From contig NC_043001.1 of assembly GCF_006345805.1 (NCBI RefSeq), positions 28,396,001-28,460,000 of the forward strand: a stretch of DNA of 64,000 bases. The letters are read 5' to 3'. Position numbers and translations under genes: made by a program. This document shows, piece by piece, positions 1 through 12,140 of the stretch. Under the pieces are notes generated by a model. It searched no databases. It worked only from the letters and a program-made list of their open reading frames with translations, and had not been told where the DNA came from. Position 1 is the first letter of the stretch; each line of letters starts with the position of its first letter. This stretch comes from Octopus sinensis. Lineage: Eukaryota.

Positions 1-480
1 ACCCACTGAGTGACAATTTAAGAAAAATACTTCTATCATAGTCTCAGCTCGACAAAATTCTTGTGACAAATATCTGATCTTACTCTCCCGTTCCAACGAT
101 TTACCCTTACAAACCAGACAGTGTGTGTGTGTGTGTAAATGTGTATCTTCAATTTGAGTGCTTCATCAGTTGTTTTACTGGTTCAATATCAAATTTATAT
201 CATTTGCTTACGGTTAGTTATTCCTAACAAATTACAAGACACATCTGAAAGCCGCACATACAGATGGCTGAAAATATATTAGTTACCATCGGTACACATC
301 AACGCTGCCTGGTCAAGCAAATATCCATTCGGACATGTGGCGAAAGCAATGACCAAATTAATGAGACAATGGCTACTACAACTGTAAAATCAGATAATTT
401 TCTTAAAGATCTCCAAGATGCGAATTATCCAGATATATTTTCCATGCGAGTTACTCGTCAATGTCATATAATACATGTCT

Positions 481-565
481 CTATCTTCCTCTCTTTCTTC
501 TCTCTCTCCTTTTCCCGCTCTCTCTCCTTTTCCCGCTCTCTCTCTCTCTCTCTCTCTCTCCCTCG

Positions 566-622
<57 letters not shown>
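481..622. repeat. Compound (CT)n/(AT)n microsatellite
   Basis: Direct reading of the sequence. Confidence 0.9.
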
Positions 623-628
<6 letters not shown>

Positions 629-866
629 TTTGAGGGAATATTAATCCTAACTTACGGGAGAAAATTCAATTTAGAAATACTAAATCAATTTCACACAATA
701 TAATATATATATATAAAAAATTAGAAAAAAAAACCTTTTATCAATTCAAAATGAAAAATTAAATAACACCATCTAGAAAATTACATGTAATAGAAATATT
801 AAAATCAAAATAACAATAAAATACCAATGATTAAGTAAATTGAAAAAAAACAAAAAAAAAACGTAC

Positions 867-914
<48 letters not shown>

Positions 915-1066
915 AATTGTTTTTGAGTATACATTGTCTGGGAGACTCTTCTTATAGTAGAGGAAATAGCTAAATTCTTTAGCTGCTGTTTCTAAAAGTT
1001 CGGTATGTGGTAGAGCAATTTTTTTGCTGAACCCTAAGTATACAAAGTAATATACATATATATATA

Positions 1067-1108
<42 letters not shown>

Positions 1109-1179
1109 CGTATATATATATGTGTATGTGTGTGTGCGCACGCACAAGCATGTGCTACAGTAGCGTGTCATTTTAGTAT

Positions 1180-1335
1180 CTGGAACTAAGCGGTTCGGCA
1201 AAATATTTCGATAGAATAAGTACTGAACTTAAAGAATAAGCACTGCCGCTTAGGTTGATTTGTCTGACTAAACTTTTCAACTCGGTGCAGCAACATGGCG
1301 GCAACAAAAGTAACTGAAACAAATAAACGAAAAGG
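1180..1335 (+). mobile_element. Degenerate 3' part of SINE-B
   Basis: ACTAAGCGGTTCGGCAAAA...GATAGAATAAGTACT...ACTGAAACAAATAAA matches the 3' half of the intact SINE-B copies (e.g. 5683-6129). Confidence 0.65.
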
Positions 1336-1478
1336 ATATATATATATATATGTACACACACGTAAATGTGCGTGAGTGTATATATGTGTGTGTATGTGTG
1401 AGTGTATATATATGTGTGTGTGCTTGTATGTGTCTGTGTATAAGTATATATGTGTATGTCTATATATATATAAGTATA

Positions 1479-1509
<31 letters not shown>

Positions 1510-1513
1510 CAGA

Positions 1514-1825
1514 GGGCACGTGGCCTAGTGGTTAGGGTGTTGCACTCACGATCTAGCGACAGTGATTTCAGTTCCTAGACCGGGTGGTGCTTTGTGTTCT
1601 TGGGCAAAGCACTTCATCCCCCCTTGCTCTGCAATCACTTCGATAACTATAACTGCGGTGTGGTACACAGAGCCCCTGTTCAAACAACGTCGATTTGATG
1701 GAGGGATTGAGCTGATGTGCGGCACGAACATTTGATCACTATAAGCGAATCATTTGAGCAGGTTGTTCGGCAAAAATAAAAAGCTGAACGATCATACGTC
1801 GTCGTCTTCGACGGAAGAGTCCATC

Positions 1826-1826
<1 letters not shown>
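1514..1826 (+). mobile_element. tRNA-derived SINE-C
   Basis: A-box TGGCCTAGTGG, tRNA-like head (GCACTCACGATC), degenerate B-box, then GTGTTCTTGGGCAAAGCACTTCAT central domain; ends in (GT)n. Related copy at 46760-46921. Confidence 0.7.
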
Positions 1827-1863
<37 letters not shown>

Positions 1864-1970
1864 AGAAGTTTGACACACCTGTAGTGCTTAAGATGGATAG
1901 AACGATGCAAAAAGCTTGATGGCAGCCTTATGACTTTCTGCTGCTCTGAATTTGGTTTTCTTTTAACATA

Positions 1971-2133
1971 CATGATATCTTAACTTAGATGATATCTTAT
2001 TTAACTTACATGATATCTTAACTTAGATGATATCGTATTTAACTTACATGATATCTTAACTTAGATGATATCTTATTTAACTTAGATGATATCTTAACTT
2101 AGATGATATCTTATTTAACTTAGATGATATCTT
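1971..2133. repeat. 38-bp tandem repeat (~4.3 copies) made of alternating 17-mer and 21-mer subunits
   Basis: Unit (C/G)ATGATATCTTAACTTA + GATGATATCTTATTTAACTTA; units start at 1971, 2009, 2047, 2085 and a partial at 2123. Confidence 0.9.
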
Positions 2134-2235
2134 CCTGGTTTTAATGACCTTTAAGTCAACTCATCGCTACAGCATGTTTATGATTATTGCACGTTCTCAA
2201 ATGCAGTATTAGCTATAAACTAATTTAGATAAGTA

Positions 2236-2417
2236 CTAGCAGTATCACCCGGTGTGGCTTGGATTTTTTTCGACCCTTTAGAATTGGAATTTTTGAAAAG
2301 TAAAAATTTTGCATTGTGCAACTTGTTATTCTCTTAAAGTGAGCATTTTTCCAGTTGAAATACACCGAAAAATGGTGAAACAGCAGTCAAAAATCGTAAA
2401 AAAATAGTGATTTTCAT
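2236..2417 (-). mobile_element. Non-autonomous Helitron, 3' part (family H1)
   Basis: Minus strand ends ...GGGTGATACTGCTAG|T; body matches the 3' half of 52115-52507. Confidence 0.75.
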
Positions 2418-2431
2418 ATATATATATATAC

Positions 2432-2467
<36 letters not shown>

Positions 2468-2532
2468 TAATGTAGAAACAGATGATGAGTATACACACAC
2501 ATATATAGTACGAAAATGGTCGCTTATCTACC

Positions 2533-2767
2533 TATTTCTTTACTACCCACAAGGGGCTAAACACAGAGAGGACAAACAAGGACAGACAAACGGATTAAGT
2601 CGATTATATCGACCTCCAGTGCGTAACTGGTACTTATTTAATCGACACCCCGAAAGGATGAAAGGCAAAGTCGACCTCGGTAGAATTTGAACTCACAGCG
2701 TAACGGCAGACGAAATACGGCTACGCATTTCGCCCGGCGTGCTAACGTTTCTGCCAGCTCACTGCCT
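2533..2767 (-). mobile_element. SINE-A monomer (tRNA head, Nin/Deu-like core, Tx1-like tail)
   Basis: Minus strand: GAGCTGGCAGAAACGTTAGCACGCCGGGCG, B-box GAGTTCAAATTC, GTCGACTTTGCCTTTCATCCTTTCGGGGT core, ends CCCCTTGTGGGTAGTAAAGAAATA. Confidence 0.85.
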
Positions 2768-2795
2768 TTACCTACCTGTCATCTTATCCACTTCA

Positions 2796-2878
<83 letters not shown>

Positions 2879-2887
2879 ACTACCTAT
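2796..2887. repeat. (ATCT)n microsatellite
   Basis: Direct reading. Confidence 0.95.
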
Positions 2888-3344
2888 CTGTGCGACTGTG
2901 TGACTTGATATGTATGTGTATGTGTAATTGGGCGAGTGCATATCTGCAGGTTGAGAGCAATGGCGTGTGAATTCCATCGTCGACAGATGTCTGGCTTCAA
3001 GGATGGTTTTTTTTATTATTATTATTTCTTTGTAGTATTTCTCTCCCCCCCCCCACGCAGACGTAAATTGGCGTAACTTGACGAGTAGTAAGTTAGCTTA
3101 ATGCCATCGAACATGCACGGTTCTTCTGCTAAAAGCCAATGACAATTATGAGCAAGTAGCAATGCATGAGAGAAAGAAAATGGTGTGTTCAGTGAAGAAT
3201 GAGAGAATAACTGGAATAACGGGACTATTGTCAGAGCTATAGCGCTAGATTTCTTATAACAACACTGTTTAGGCGATAAAGAGAGGAAGCAAGCGTAGGA
3301 TTGGATAAGACATGAATGTGCACATACACCCACACACATGCATA

Positions 3345-3554
3345 CGCAGTTACATACATACATACATACATATATACATACATACTTGCTTGCATACTTT
3401 CATGCTTGCATGCATACATACATATATACATACATACATATATACACACATGCATACATACATACATACATACATACATACATACATTACATAATATATA
3501 CATACATACATATATACATACATACATACATACATACATACATACACACATACG

Positions 3555-3588
<34 letters not shown>

Positions 3589-4430
3589 CATACATACATA
3601 TATATACATACATACATGCTTGCATACTTTCATGCTTGCATGCATACATGCATATATATACATACATACATATATACACACATGCATATACATACATGCA
3701 TACTTACATTCATACATACATAAACACATACATATATACATACATACATATATACATACATATATACACACATGCATATACACACATGCATACTTACATA
3801 CACACAGATGTACATACATACATACATGCACACACATGTACATGCATACATGCATACGTACATACACGTACATATATACATACATACATACATATATACA
3901 TACATACATACATACATATATACATACATACATACATGCTTGCATACTTTCATGCCTGCATGGATACATACATATATACATACATATATACACATATGCA
4001 TATACATACATGCATACTTACATACACACACATGTACATACATACATGCACACACATGTACATGCATACATGCATACGTACATACACGTACATATATATA
4101 TACATATATATGTACATACATACATACATGCACACACGTGTATATACATACAGACATATACATACATACATACATACATACATACATACATAATGGCACA
4201 CACATGTACATGCATACATGCATACGTACATACACGTACATATATACAGACATATATACATACATACGTACATACATACATAATGGTACACACATGTACA
4301 TGCATATATGCATACGTACATACACGTACAGATATACATACATATATACATACATACATACATACACAGACACATGTTTTTACGTGCATGCATAATAGAA
4401 TTATTACACACATATACATGCATATCTATC
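3345..4430. repeat. ~1.1-kb (CATA)n-derived complex satellite with higher-order blocks
   Basis: CATA/TATA/CACA mosaic with recurring longer blocks; source of the many spurious H/I/T/Y and M/Y/V/C ORFs. Confidence 0.9.
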
Positions 4431-4867
4431 TACATATCTTTCTTTCTCTCTCTTTTTTCTGTACGTCTACCTGTCTGTCTGAATGTCTGTTTATTCGTCT
4501 ACATGTACATTTGTCTGTCTGTCCGCCATTTTGTCTATAAAAGTACTTATATGGGTATCTACACATATACGTGTGCGTACACACACACTCACACGCACAT
4601 ACGTGGATGTACAAGTACAACCACGCTCCTATCTATACGTAGGCAAGTAATGACTGTACTTGAAATTTAAGAACGAAGGAACAATAAACATGGAATAGAA
4701 CTGGATTTATATATTAGAAATAGAGATGAAGAATGAAAGGGAATCGGTTCTGTCGAGCAGAAGAACGAAAGTGTTGTGTTAATTCGAAGAATGGAAACAA
4801 ATTACTGGAAATAATGAGCAGCAGACGATAGTGGGCGGAGGTGCAAATCTGTTGAGAGAGACAGGAG

Positions 4868-4888
4868 ATGATGGTGATGATGATGGTG

Positions 4889-4961
<73 letters not shown>

Positions 4962-5060
4962 CGATGACGATGACGATGACGATGATGATGACGATGATGA
5001 CGATGACGATGACGATGATGATGATGATAATGATGGTTGTGGTGGTGATGATGGTGGTGG

Positions 5061-5096
<36 letters not shown>

Positions 5097-5290
5097 CGAT
5101 GATGACGACGATGACGATGATGACGACGACGATGATGATGATGATGATGACCATGACGATGACGGCGACGACGATGATGACGACGATGATGTGTGATGAC
5201 GACGATGATGATGATGATGATGATGATAATGATGAGGATGACGATGATGATGATGATGATGATGATGAAAGACTTACGACGACGACGAAG
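4868..5290. repeat. (GAT/GAC)n trinucleotide tract
   Basis: Direct reading; produces poly-D, poly-M and poly-I ORFs. Confidence 0.9.
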
Positions 5291-5682
5291 AAGACGACTT
5301 TGCTTCGGCAGTGAATAAGAGCGAGTGAATAAAGAAACTGCAGAAATACAGGGAACGGATGAACATGATGAGAAATACCCGTGACTGCAGAATGGGAAGA
5401 AAGTGCAAAAGAGATATGCAGTCCGAGAGGGAGAGAGAGATGAGGAGAGAGAAATAATGAGATAGAGAGCGAAGAATATTGAAGAGGTGGGGGAACGAAA
5501 AAGGAGATCGATGATGAAAAAGAGGAAGTAAAGGAGGAAATCACAAAGATAGTCGGAAAGACACTTCTAATCAAATAAATATAGTAGGATGGCTACTATA
5601 TCCGTACTATGGTTTCAGTTAGTGCATATCTACGTCTTGTGAAATGGACCCGAAATGTTCTATCTCTCTTTCTTTCACTATT

Positions 5683-6129
5683 ACTCTCTTTTACTCTTTT
5701 ACTCTTTTACTTGTTTCAGTCATTTGACTGTGGCCATGCTGGAGTACCGCATTTAGTCGAGCACATCGAGCCCAGGACTTATTCTTGTAAGTCTAGTAAT
5801 TAGTCTATCGGTCTCTTTTGCCGAACCGCTAAGTTACGGGGACGTAAACACACCAGCATCGGTTGTCAAGCGATGTTGGAGGGACAAAGACAGATACACA
5901 AACGTATACACACACATACATATATACATATATATATATATACATATATATATATACATATATACGACGGGCTTCTTTCAGTTTCCGTCTACCAAATCCA
6001 TTCACAAGGCTTCGGTTGGCCCGAAGCTATAGTAGAAGATACTTGCCCTAGGTGCCACGCAGTGGGACTGAAACCGGAACCATGTATTTCGTAAGCAAGC
6101 TACTTACCACAAAGCCACTCCTACGCCTA
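5683..6129 (-). mobile_element. Full-length SINE-B (tRNA-derived, internal microsatellite, AAAAGAGT tail)
   Basis: Minus strand: AGGCGTAGGAGTGGCTTTGTGGTAAGTAGCTTGCTTAC head, B-box GGTTTCAGTCCC, internal (TA)n/(TG)n, tail GACTGAAACAAGTAAAAGAGTAAAAGAGT. Confidence 0.9.
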
Positions 6130-6480
6130 TCTCGAAGTTTTATACCAGTGTACAAATTCATAGCAATTAAATTATACACAGCTAGCATTTGAGCTTTGTA
6201 CTGAATAAAATGAGCTGTATATGCGATTTAGTTCGCTTCTGATTGAAGATGCGCTTTTAACGGGATTTTTGTCTTTAAGACAAGAACTATTTAAGTAGCA
6301 AGAATTTCAGGTTTGTCTTCTAGAATTCTAAACTATGTTGCCCTTACAAAAGAACCCAATTACGACTGCTAGATTTCACTCTTTCAGTTTTATGACCAAT
6401 CAATAAAATAAACGATCCTGATATACTTGCATTATCGAGCCTCTTTATAAAGGCGGCGAGCTGGTAGAAGCATTAGAGCG

Positions 6481-6899
6481 GTGTGAAGGCGGTGAGCTGG
6501 CAGAAACTATAGCACGCCGGGCGAAATGCTCAGCGGTATTTCGTCTGCCGCTAGGTGCTGAGTTCAAATTCCGTCAAGGTCGACTTAGCCTTTCATTCTT
6601 TCGGGGTCGATAAATTAAGTACCAGTTACGCACTGGGGGCGATATATTCGACTTAATTCGTTTATCTGTCCTTGTTTGTCCTCTCTGTGTGGGTTGTAAA
6701 GAAATAAGTATTTCGTCTGCCGCTACGTTCTGAGTTCCAATTCCGCCGAGGTCGACTTTGCCTTTCATCCTTTCGGGGTCGATTAAATAAGTATCACTTA
6801 CGCACTGGCATCGATATAATCGATTTAATCGACTTAATCCGTTTGTCTGTCCTTGTTTGTCCTCTCTGTGTGTAGCCCCTTGTGGGCAGTAAAAAAATA
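6481..6899 (+). mobile_element. Dimeric SINE-A with 15-bp TSD, inside older SINE-A head sequence (6450-7003)
   Basis: TSD AGAAGCATTAGAGCG at 6466-6480 and 6900-6914; monomer junction AAAGAAATAA|GTATTTCGTCTGCCG near 6707. Confidence 0.85.
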
Positions 6900-7223
6900 A
6901 GAAGCATTAGAGCGACGAGCTGGCAGAAACGTTAGCACGCCGGGCGAAATGCTTAGCGGTATTTTGTCTGTCTTTACTTTCTGAGTTCAAATTCCGTGAG
7001 GGTAAGATCAACAAAAAAAGTATTCCATCTGGTGAGAGATAAATGGTGTTTAATAAACGCAATACATGTTTCTATGTGCTTCTACTAGTTTCATCTGCTG
7101 AGAACATGCCAAACAATACTTTATAACACGTCTGACTTCTCGGCACATTTATCACACAGACACACACACACACACGGGCACACACGGTGCGGGGCGGTAT
7201 TTTCACGCAGGAAAAAATATATA

Positions 7224-7423
7224 GGCAAATTTGTTGAAAATACACCTAAATTTGAAAAATTTTTGTTTATGAATGGTAAAAGTTTAGAATTGTGAATTAT
7301 AAATTTTTACCATTGATAAACAAAAAATATTGTTGAAACTAGTTTGGTATATATGTAAATAAATTCATTTTAAACAAGTACAAGTTTTTCAAATTTAGGT
7401 GCATTTTCAAAATCAAATTTGCC
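7224..7423. mobile_element. 200-bp MITE with ~40-bp TIRs and TA flanks (Tc1/mariner-type)
   Basis: Left TA|GGCAAATTTGTTGAAAATACACCTAAATTTGAAAAA; right TTTTTCAAATTTAGGTGCATTTTCAAAATCAAATTTGCC|TA. Confidence 0.8.
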
Positions 7424-7454
<31 letters not shown>

Positions 7455-7492
7455 TATATATATATTATATATATAATATATATATAATGCAT

Positions 7493-7526
<34 letters not shown>

Positions 7527-7912
7527 CTAGCAGTATCGCCCGGCGTTGCTCGGGTTTGTAAGGGAAATAACTATAAAGCATTTTTAGAGAGTTATAGCCA
7601 AAAAATAGCAAAAAAATGGGGAAAAAAATGATGGTAAATTTTTTTTTATAGTTAAAAAGGTCGAGTTGCGTCCCCTAGACCATCTGTGGTTTGTGTTTCT
7701 GATTGTCGACCCCATGTCGAATTTATCGATCTTTTTCAGAACTGGGGGAACTTTTCAAAATTTTCACTGCGTTAGGTTGAATTATGACATGGGCTATGTG
7801 TGTGTCAAGTTTCATCAGAATCGGTTGGTTGAAGCCGTGATCAGAGTGAGGGTACAACCAAACAGAAACACAGAAACACACACAGACAAACTGCCGTTTA
7901 TATAGAGAGAGA
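7527..7912 (-). mobile_element. Complete non-autonomous Helitron (family H2)
   Basis: Minus strand: A|TCTCTCTCTATATAAACGGCAG ... AAACCCGAGCAACGCCGGGCGATACTGCTAG|T. Shows 5' TC, subterminal hairpin, 3' CTAG and an A|T insertion site. Confidence 0.85.
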
Positions 7913-7958
7913 TATACATGTATATATATGCATATATATGTATACATATATACATATA

Positions 7959-8187
7959 TGTTTCTTTATTAGCCACACAGGGCTGTACACAGACGGGACA
8001 AATTACAAGGTAGAGCTTTTCTTTTTGGGGATAAAAAAGGGGGTTTGGTTTTCGATCAATAGGGATCGTTTTCACTGAAATGTCAATATAAAGTGTAAAG
8101 AGGAGGACAGGTGAGGTTTACCCGTGGAAAGAAAAGCCTACGGAAAAGACCACGGTAACCTCGGTCAATGAAGTCACACGTTATATT
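7959..8187 (-). mobile_element. 3'-UTR fragment of the Tx1-like LINE with internal deletion
   Basis: Matches 8272-8605 except for a missing segment between two GATCAA(A/T)AGGGATCGT repeats. Confidence 0.9.
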
Positions 8188-8196
8188 ACATATATA

Positions 8197-8197
8197 T

Positions 8198-8228
<31 letters not shown>

Positions 8229-8271
8229 TTAGATAGATAGATAAATAGATAGATAGATAGATAGATAGATA
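8197..8271. repeat. (GATA)n tract abutting the Tx1 3' end
   Basis: Direct reading. Confidence 0.95.
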
Positions 8272-8659
8272 TGTTTCTTTATTAGCCACACAGGGCTGCA
8301 CACAGATAGAACAAATTACAAGGTAGAGCTTTTCTTTTGGGGGTAAAAAAACGGGAGTGGTGGTTTTCGATCAAAAGGGATCGTAAAAGGAAAGAAAGAG
8401 GACAAAAAAAAAGGGGGAGGGGTTAATAATTAAAAAAAATTTTTTTTAAGGGGGGGGGAGAGCAAAGAAAATTGATCAATAGGGATCGTTATCACAGAAA
8501 TGTCAATATGAAGTGTAAAGGGGGAGAACAGGTGAGGTTTACCCGTGGAAAGAAAAGCCTACGGAAAAGACCACGGTAACCTCGGTCAATGAAGTCACAT
8601 GTTGTATTTCTTTTTTTTTTTTTTGCAAATAAGCAACTCTCTGTATTAATTTTTACGGT

Positions 8660-11600
8660 TCATAGAATCATAGTCAAGGTGGCTTCGTCATTCATACGTG
8701 CCATCCTTGCTACATTCACCCATCTTTTTTTAAAACATTCACTAGACAAAACTTGCCTCTCTACTCTCACTTCCTCTTCAAGTGGTACTTGAAGAAGTTG
8801 ATGAGAGATTGACCAGAGAGGAAGTGTTGTGTCTCTAATCCTTTCAGGCGCGTCCACCAGATACATTATTTCGCCATAGCCACAAGTATGATAAAAATAG
8901 CTCTTCCTTCCCGTTTGAAGGAAGGAGGCGTGACGATATTAACGATAGACTCGGCTGATAAACCGACACGTCCCACACGTGACAGCAGTCGTTCGACATA
9001 AGCCACACGTGGGAAATTGCTGGACACTGCACGATTGCGTGCAGAGCGGTTCGTCGCTCTGCCCGCATCTCGGGCAGGTCGGCCCCGTGTTTCTCGAGCC
9101 ATGCCTATAGAGCTTATCCCGAACGGGTAGCGCTTCTCGGTAGCACCGCCAGGCCAGGGATCTCTGGAAGTTGTCCATAGGTCCGGGCCGAAAGTCGTTT
9201 GAAACAGGCGGGTCAGGTATTCCTCGTCGACGCCCAGGTTTGCCCCGAGCTCGTCGTCGTACCTCCCCTCCACTAATCCCCTATAGAATGCTTTTTGTTG
9301 TGTTGAAGTCACTCAAGGTCGACCCGGGACGGCAGAGTTGCTTGAGAGCAACGCGACACTCGCGGTGCCATTCGCCCTTCCTCGGCCTCTTTTTGATCCA
9401 CGACTGTAGTTCGGTCATGGAGACGAGTTGCGGGAATGCGTGCCTCACAAACGGCGACCACACCTGTTCACCGTCGTCTACATAGAGCCGGAGATGTCGC
9501 AGTCTCAGCGCGTGTCTGCGCATCATCAACACGGCATGCCCAGCCCTCCTTTTAACGGGTGGTTGACAGCAAATGGATTGCCTGACCATCGGGACGCATC
9601 CTTTCCACAAGAAGCGGAAGAGGATGCGTTCTAGTTTGGTGATGGTAGGGTCGGGACAAGGTACGACGGTCAGGCGGTAGTAGATGATGGACGCGATGTA
9701 CGCGTTCACCACCTCCGCCCGACCTTTTAGGACAGTTTCCTCTCGGCCCATTGCTGGGCGAGAGTGACCACCCTACTCGTTATCTCGTTCCAGTTCTTCT
9801 CCATTTGGAGGTCCGGACCGAACCAGACCCCGAGCAACTCAACGGGCGTCTGTCCAGCGTCCCACGACGGAGGTACTGGTGGACGGCATGGGTTTGCTTC
9901 TCCAGGTGCCGAGCCGCAAGCCCACTGACTTTTCCCGGTTGATTTTTGCTCCTGTCACCGCTTCGTAGTCTTTCAGTGTCTCGCCGACCCGCTCGATGTG
10001 CTCGTGGCTTGACACTATGACGGTGACGTCGTCCGCGTATGCAGACACGCTCGTCCCGCATCCCAATTCTCGCGGGATGCCCCTTAGAGTCGCCAGCTTC
10101 CGCAGTAGTGGCTCAAGAGTCAATACGTATAGAAGCGCCGAGAGGGGGCATCCCTGACGGACCGAACGTGCAATGTCGAAAGGTCTCGATAGATGTCCAT
10201 TTACGCGAATTACCGAACGGATGCCCTGTACAAGGCAGCTATCCAGCCGCGGAAGACGGGACCGAAACCAGCCGCTCTCAGGACTGCCTCCAAGTATCGA
10301 TGGTCTACCCTATCAAAGGCTTTCGATTGATCCAAGTTGATCAGGGCCCCACCCATGCCAGGTTCGTTAACTACCCTGTCTATGATGTAGCGCATCAGAT
10401 GGAGGTTGTCATGGATGCTCCGGCCCGGCACGGCGCACGTTTGTGCGTTGTCGACCAGTTTCTCCATGACAAGCGCCAACCTCTTGGCTAACACCTTTGT
10501 CAAAATTTTCAGGTCTGCATTGAGCAGCGTGATTGGTCTAAAGTTATCTATAATGTTTCCCTTGTTTGGATCTTTCTTCAGCAGAGTTACAGCTCCTCGA
10601 CTCACAAAACCGGGTATGCTCCCGTTTTGCTGCCAGTTGCAGTATACCGCTGCCAAGACGTCTCGAAACAAGTCTGGCATACAATTGTAAAACTCGTAGG
10701 GTAGACCATCCAAACCCGGTGTGATTTGTCCCTCGAGCATTCTGCATCGCTTCCCGCACTTCCGCCGCCGTGATGGCACCTTCGCAGCACGCTGCCTTTC
10801 TTGTCGAGAGTCATGGCAGGCTATGTAGGTAGGCACTGAAGTCCACCCTACGTTCTTGCCCTCCACTCGTCCGAACAGTCGGGCAAAATGCTGCTGAAAG
10901 GCCTCACACATTTTACTTGGCTCGAGCAATTCGCGCCCCTGTTCATCTACCAGTGACCGAATGGTGGCTTTGTTGCCCTGTTGCGCCTCTGCCACCCGGG
11001 CCTCTCTCGCGGCTCCAACACCTTCGTTCCTTAGAGCACGCATCCTAGCTCTGACAGCACATCCTTCGTGTTTGGCGTTGAAGTGTTGGTCGAGGGCCAA
11101 CCTCGCCGCCAAAACGTCGGATGCGATGCCGCTTCTAATTGCCTCTTCTAGCTTCTTAACTAGCTCACCCTCTACTCTATTTCTATCTATGGCTAGTGCT
11201 TTGCTGTACCTAATCGCTTCTGCTTTTACTGCTCTCTTGAGGGCAAACCACCATTTGTTGTTGATGATGGCTCCCGTCAAAGCCCTCTTTACTAGTGTGC
11301 TAATCCGGTCTCTGAAAACTTGTCTGGACGGGAATGATGCGTTCAGTTTCCAGTACCCAGGACCCTGTCTATGTGCCTTATCTAAGTCTAGCGTACACGT
11401 CACCAATTTGTGATCCGTGTAGCTGACTGTGTGGAATTGTGGACATCCTAAGTTATCCTTGTCTACTGTCCTACACAGTATCCTATCTAGATACGATCTC
11501 GACGACCCACTGCGGTTGCTCCATGTCCACGTTGGTGCATTTGGGTGGTCGAGTCGGTACCTGTCAGACAGTTGGAATCGTGTCTGAGCAGGTCTCTGAG

Positions 11601-12090
11601 GCATTTGCATCCCCTTCTGTTTCTGTCTCTACCCACGTAGTCTACCTGCGTGTCCAAGGTAGCATTCCAATCCCCCACTAAGAGTAAAGGACGAGACGTT
11701 CCCAAGAATACTTCTAGACGTCGAAAGAAATCCGCCCGACCTGTTAAGGGCGGTGCGTAGACTGATACGAGTCGAAAAGCGCACCATTGCTGCCGTCAAC
11801 ATCCAGAACGATCAGTCTACCTCCGGGTCTACGAATATCGTCTTGACTTCGAGATCCAGGCTCTTGTGAAAAAGTACCGCGGTGCCACTACCGCCCATCC
11901 TCGGCAGACAGGGAGCGAAATAAATGTTAAACTGTCCGCCAAACATGGACTTTAGGGCCCGTGGCTCGTGGAGTCTGGTCTCACTTATGGCTATGATTCC
12001 CAAATCATGTGACTTGATGTCATTTAGGAGGTATCCTTGTTTCCAAGGAGACCCCAAGCCACACGCATTCACACAACCAATCTTGACCAT
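8660..12090 (-). pseudogene. Tx1/L1-like ORF2 (AP endonuclease + reverse transcriptase + C-terminal zinc finger), frameshifted
   Basis: APE: MVKIGCVNACGL...IAISETRL, LLVGDWNA, SYLDRI, YTDHKLV. RT: PGLDGLPYEFY, NFRPITLLNADLKIL, LDQSKAFDRVDH, VRQGCPLSALLY, AYADDVT. Zinc finger: CPRCGQSDE...HAIVQCP. Split over several frames; stop TGA at 8660-8662. Confidence 0.92.
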
Positions 12091-12140
12091 GATTCTATTG
12101 GGATGTGTGCTTTAAAACACACAAATGAAAGTACAGTGAG

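Noticed and set aside
264-644. 126-aa ORF with a complex N-terminal half
   Set aside because: No recognisable motif, and it runs into (CT)n/(AT)n. It cannot be supported as a gene, although an exon cannot be excluded without transcript data.
1514-1590. tRNA-like sequences with A/B boxes (also 32694, 41028, 46921, 62185 and all SINE heads)
   Set aside because: No complete cloverleaf; they continue into SINE bodies, so they are not called tRNA genes.
1971-2133. Regularly spaced repeats suggesting a CRISPR array
   Set aside because: Contiguous tandem units with no unique spacers, eukaryotic context and no cas genes.
3237-4670. Many long ORFs (up to 400 aa) rich in H/I/T/Y or M/Y/V/C
   Set aside because: They are translations of (CATA)n/(TATG)n microsatellite, open in several frames on both strands. 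The same applies near 18.4-19, 20.4-21, 36, 39.3-39.6, 58.7-59.3 and 61.3-61.9 kb.
4714-5574. Poly-Asp, poly-Met and poly-Ile/Ser ORFs
   Set aside because: (GAT)n tract lacking stops in most frames; no flanking domain or splice support.
5863-6094. Recurrent similar small ORFs (MSSDVGG..., MPKVPRSGTEPGTMW...) resembling a gene family
   Set aside because: They are translations of SINE-B copies; similar recurrent ORFs come from SINE-A and the Helitrons.
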